Source: an uncultured Thiotrichaceae bacterium
GTDB lineage: Bacteria > Pseudomonadota > Gammaproteobacteria > SZUA-229
NCBI GenBank assembly: GCA_964441285.1
Contig: CAYTUK010000005.1
Coordinates: forward strand, 3,596-67,595
Reading direction: 5' to 3'
DNA: 64,000 nt
Below are positions 62,693 to 64,000 of this stretch, one piece after another. The notes under the pieces are model-generated. The model was not told where the DNA came from, made no database searches, and saw only the letters and a list, made by a program, of their open reading frames with translations. Position 1 is the stretch's first letter, and each line of letters starts with the position of its first letter. Both the position numbers and the translations under genes were made by a program.

Positions 62693-63271
62693 TTATTCAT
62701 TCTTGCCTAACATTGCATCTTTTAAATCATCATCAGCGGGTTCATTACCTAACCATATATTCAATAAGGCGACATTAAAATCTTTGCCTTTTATCACACC
62801 TTTCATTTTTCCTTTAATCGTCACCCATGTACCAATACCTGGGATATAATCGAGCAATACCACATCCCCTTCTTTCAAGTCTGGAAACATCGCATCAAAT
62901 TGATTAATTCTTGATTGCAGTGTTTTAAGTTTCTCCGCAGAATTGTTTTCTTCAAACCCTTCATTCCAGGCCGCAACCAGTTTATCCCGGTCAACTTCCC
63001 CATAAATAAAGCGCATCACCACGCGGTTTGGGCCATTTAATGCCTGTACGTCAGCCTGGCTTGTTACTTTTTTTGTCGTATACAGCGCACCCGCATAAAT
63101 TTTAAAGAAAAATTTGGTACGATAACCCACACCATTTAATTGTAGCACGGTATCTGTACCTGCAATTTTCACTGCATCGGGAAACTGCAAATCACCCAGA
63201 TTTTTTGCTATTGCAGAGCCAACGTAGCCCGACATGACGAGACATAACAAGATATAAATGATCTTTTTCAT
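62693..63271 (-). CDS. Chalcone-isomerase-like (Chalcone_3) periplasmic protein
   Basis: A signal peptide, then LQLNGVGYRTKFFFKIYAGALY, which is characteristic of the bacterial CHI-like family. Confidence 0.65.
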   Translation of the reverse strand: MKKIIYILLCLVMSGYVGSAIAKNLGDLQFPDAVKIAGTDTVLQLNGVGYRTKFFFKIYAGALYTTKKVTSQADVQALNGPNRVVMRFIYGEVDRDKLVAAWNEGFEENNSAEKLKTLQSRINQFDAMFPDLKEGDVVLLDYIPGIGTWVTIKGKMKGVIKGKDFNVALLNIWLGNEPADDDLKDAMLGKNE

Positions 63272-63391
63272 GGTTATTTTCTCCTGACAATAAAAACTGC
63301 TGATTAAATATCCGTTAATGATACTATCGTATTACCTGCGCGGTAAATACCAAGTATAATAATTAAAAATGGTAGCCTGAACAACACGGCA

Positions 63392-64000
63392 ATGAAAAAT
63401 AAAATACCTGTTTATCTTTTATATATCTTACTGTCCTGCCTGTTCACTGCTGGACTCAATATTGTTCACACACTTTTATTTCTTAAAATCCCCTTAACGC
63501 CGATTACATTTTTAGTCCCTATGATCGCTGGTATTATCTTTGGATCTGGCTTTTCCAGAATCAAATTTTTAAACCAGAAGCTAATTGAAATTTCTCATAC
63601 CGATTCACTTACACAGACCTATAATCCTCTGTATTTCAATAAAATCCTTGATCTTGAAATTAATAAAGTAAAACGTTATGGAAGTCCTTTCTCTATTATT
63701 TTTTTCGACCTGGATCATTTCAAAAAAATCAATGATACCTTTGGTCACCCTGTTGGTGATAAAGTGCTGCGATCTACTGCCGACATTGTCTCATTCATCA
63801 ACCGAAGTACTGATATTTTTGCTCGTTACGGTGGTGAAGAATTTATTATTCTTGCTCCCTCTACCAGGCTTGAAGGCGCTTTAGTTCAGGCAGAAAGATT
63901 AAGGCAAGATATTGAGAACTACAACTTTCCTGTCAACCAAAGAGTTACCAGCAGTTTTGGCGTTGCTGAATTTAACCCTGAAAAGGATAACCGTGAGTCC
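63392..64000 (+). CDS. Membrane-anchored GGDEF diguanylate cyclase, 3'-partial (runs off the window)
   Basis: The frame is open from ATG 63392 to the end of the window, so it is not in the ORF track, which has no stop for it. It has two TM helices, then …IIFFDLDHFKKINDTFGH…RYGGEEF. Confidence 0.8.
   Translation, partial: MKNKIPVYLLYILLSCLFTAGLNIVHTLLFLKIPLTPITFLVPMIAGIIFGSGFSRIKFLNQKLIEISHTDSLTQTYNPLYFNKILDLEINKVKRYGSPFSIIFFDLDHFKKINDTFGHPVGDKVLRSTADIVSFINRSTDIFARYGGEEFIILAPSTRLEGALVQAERLRQDIENYNFPVNQRVTSSFGVAEFNPEKDNRES

Overview
This 64-kb window is a chromosomal segment from a moderately low-GC (about 43%) gammaproteobacterium. Gene order resembles Pseudomonas and related genomes: birA'/glnS, tyrS–M23 peptidase–anmK, erpA–bactofilin–argC/hemJ, apbC(mrp)/metG, rnfABCDGE–nth, parC–parE, lptGF/pepA–valS, cyaY–gatBAC/mreBCD, feoABC, rep/ampDE and amgK–murU. 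Almost every long ORF is a recognisable housekeeping gene. I see no prophage, integrase, CRISPR array or defence island. The accessory content is sparse: a lamin-tail-domain protein with a VPLPA/PEP-CTERM-type sorting signal, a 5'-truncated rhodanese, a GNAT, a PhnD-like binding protein plus hybrid sensor kinase operon, two GGDEF proteins, a histone-H1-like Lys/Ala-rich protein and an acidic disordered ORF where holC would be expected. The main thing the genes do not explain is a family of roughly 125-bp palindromic extragenic elements. There are at least 4 full copies plus 1 divergent variant, 3 truncated or internally deleted copies and several solo termini in 64 kb. The family has a conserved ~55-nt core containing a small GNRA-looped hairpin and two GGA motifs. 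The core is flanked by ~28-bp inverted arms that differ between copies but stay complementary within each copy, which is the covariation pattern expected of a structured RNA or ssDNA hairpin. One copy sits in the leader of the lamin-tail-domain gene, one abuts the truncated rhodanese, one lies between parE and parC, and a variant overlaps the apbC stop codon. Other features worth noting are six or seven tandem ~13-bp direct repeats filling the ampD promoter and leader, a candidate Fur box upstream of feoA, a second short repeat shared by two gene 3' ends, and several intrinsic terminators.
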